A stretch of 62,930 bases of DNA, filler included, from Lenisia limosa (taxonomy: Eukaryota > Protista > Breviatea): the NCBI GenBank assembly GCA_001655205.1. It is 11 parts of 11 records of this genome, joined end to end, with 100 filler letters (N's around TTAATTAATTAA, not from the genome) between each part and the next. Parts side by side here need not be neighbours in the genome. Positions count along the whole stretch, not along the records: positions 61,448 to 62,930 come from LPNZ01002074.1; 10 more parts are not named here. One strand, 5' to 3'. Numbering within the stretch: position 1 is the stretch's first letter; the number at the start of each line of letters is the position of its first letter. Position numbers and translations under genes: made by a program. The notes beneath the pieces were generated by a model. That model had not been told where the DNA came from. It did no database searches and worked only from the letters and a program-made list of their open reading frames with translations. Of the stretch, positions 61,930 to 62,930 are shown in pieces.

Positions 61930-62350
61930 AAGAGGCCCAACCCTACTTCCATAGTAGAAGACAGCATGATAAGACGTCACCATTGTTGACCTAGTCACAC
62001 CAGCGCCACAATCCTTGTTGACGTCCGAGGTTATTTCGACCTGCGTCTTGTCAAAAAGGGCATACGGATAAGGTTATTTCGACCTGCGTCTTGTCAAAAA
62101 GGGCATACGGATACACAGAGCTTGCACCTTTGTATGGGTTGCTTGCTTAAGTCCTGACATAAATCTATTACTCCCCTGTAGAGCTAAGTCATCGATATAT
62201 TTCGATAGTTTACCGACCTTTGCTCTTAGATTGGCAAAAAAAATAAAATTAAACGGGAGTATAATTTTGCTCACAGGGAAGGCGGAGGAGCTTATGGTTT
62301 TGGTATCTGTGTTGGTGGTCTCTGAAACACATATGAAGATTCTTCCCTCG
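61930..62350 (-). CDS. Unknown gene fragment
   Basis: Candidate exons ETTNTDTKTISSSAFP, GVIDLCQDLSKQPIQ and TQVEITSDVNKDCGAGVTRSTMVTSYHAVFYYG. Confidence 0.35.
62028..62113. repeat. Perfect 43-bp tandem duplication
   Basis: AGGTTATTTCGACCTGCGTCTTGTCAAAAAGGGCATACGGATA at 62028-62070 and 62071-62113. Confidence 0.95.
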
Positions 62351-62930
62351 TCTAGGGGGGGGGGGTAATATTTGAAAAATTGATGAAACAAAAAAAAAAC
62401 CAAATCAACTCTGTTGGTTGGGGAGAGGACTTAAATTATAACACAAAGTATCAAACAGTTGGTAAAATAGTTTTTGAGTTAGAAACAAAATGGTGAGATA
62501 TGAAACAATGAGATGGAGATAGAGAGAGAGAGAGAAGGGGTTAAACCAAAGAAAATCGATAAAAGTAAAAACCAAATAAGAAAATTGAACAATATGTAAT
62601 AGAATATAGCTGGCCGAAGCCGTCACCATCACGCTTATAAGAGATATTGGATTATTAACAATTATCGAAAATTCCTTCTTTTGGTTCTGTGGGTATCCTT
62701 AATCCCCCCTCCCCATCCATGCCAGCAACGATTTTCCGGTATCAATCTGAGGTATTTAATAATTTGACGGGATTTTGCGGACCGTGGGGAAGCCATAGCA
62801 GGGATAAAATGAAGAATTTATGAAACAAAAAATATACAACTCTGCTTTGGGAAACACACAAGGGTTAAGAACAACAAAACAGGAAAGGCGATTCTGCAGC
62901 ACCGCATATGAGGTTGATTTAAAAAGGTGA

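Noticed and set aside
1-62930. rRNA or tRNA genes, prokaryotic operons or defence systems
   Set aside because: No recognisable signatures; every identifiable gene is spliced and eukaryotic.

Overview
This window is not one locus. It is an artificial concatenation of 11 draft scaffolds from an intron-rich, AT-rich eukaryote (probably a protist; the taxon cannot be fixed from sequence alone). Ten identical 100-bp spacers (44 N + TTAATTAATTAA + 44 N) join them, and there are many internal N gaps. The ORF track is mostly uninformative because genes are split into short exons, so exons were assembled by hand from GT..AG junctions and protein motifs. Recognisable partial genes: a YeeE/YedE sulfur-transporter homologue, a secreted C-type lectin, a Patched/NPC1-like RND protein, ER Hsp90 (GRP94), a formin, a four-domain voltage-gated Ca2+-type channel (repeats III-IV), an RTEL1 helicase and a TPR protein. 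There are also several unknown spliced genes and one possible P-element-like transposase remnant. Introns and intergenic DNA are packed with small repeats: an abundant hAT-type MITE with 8-bp TSDs, a Tc1/mariner-type MITE, a CACTA-like hairpin and a non-TIR ~85-bp repeat. The most unusual signal is two further non-palindromic repeat families (E and F). They lie in sense orientation in every host gene where this can be checked, and they repeatedly end at the 3' splice site; one copy is an entire GT..AG intron. Many introns also start with a G-run and end with a C-run. Together this suggests an Introner-like or splice-site-supplying repeat system. No rRNA, tRNA, CRISPR or prokaryotic operon is supported. 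Coordinates were counted by eye and may be off by a few bases.
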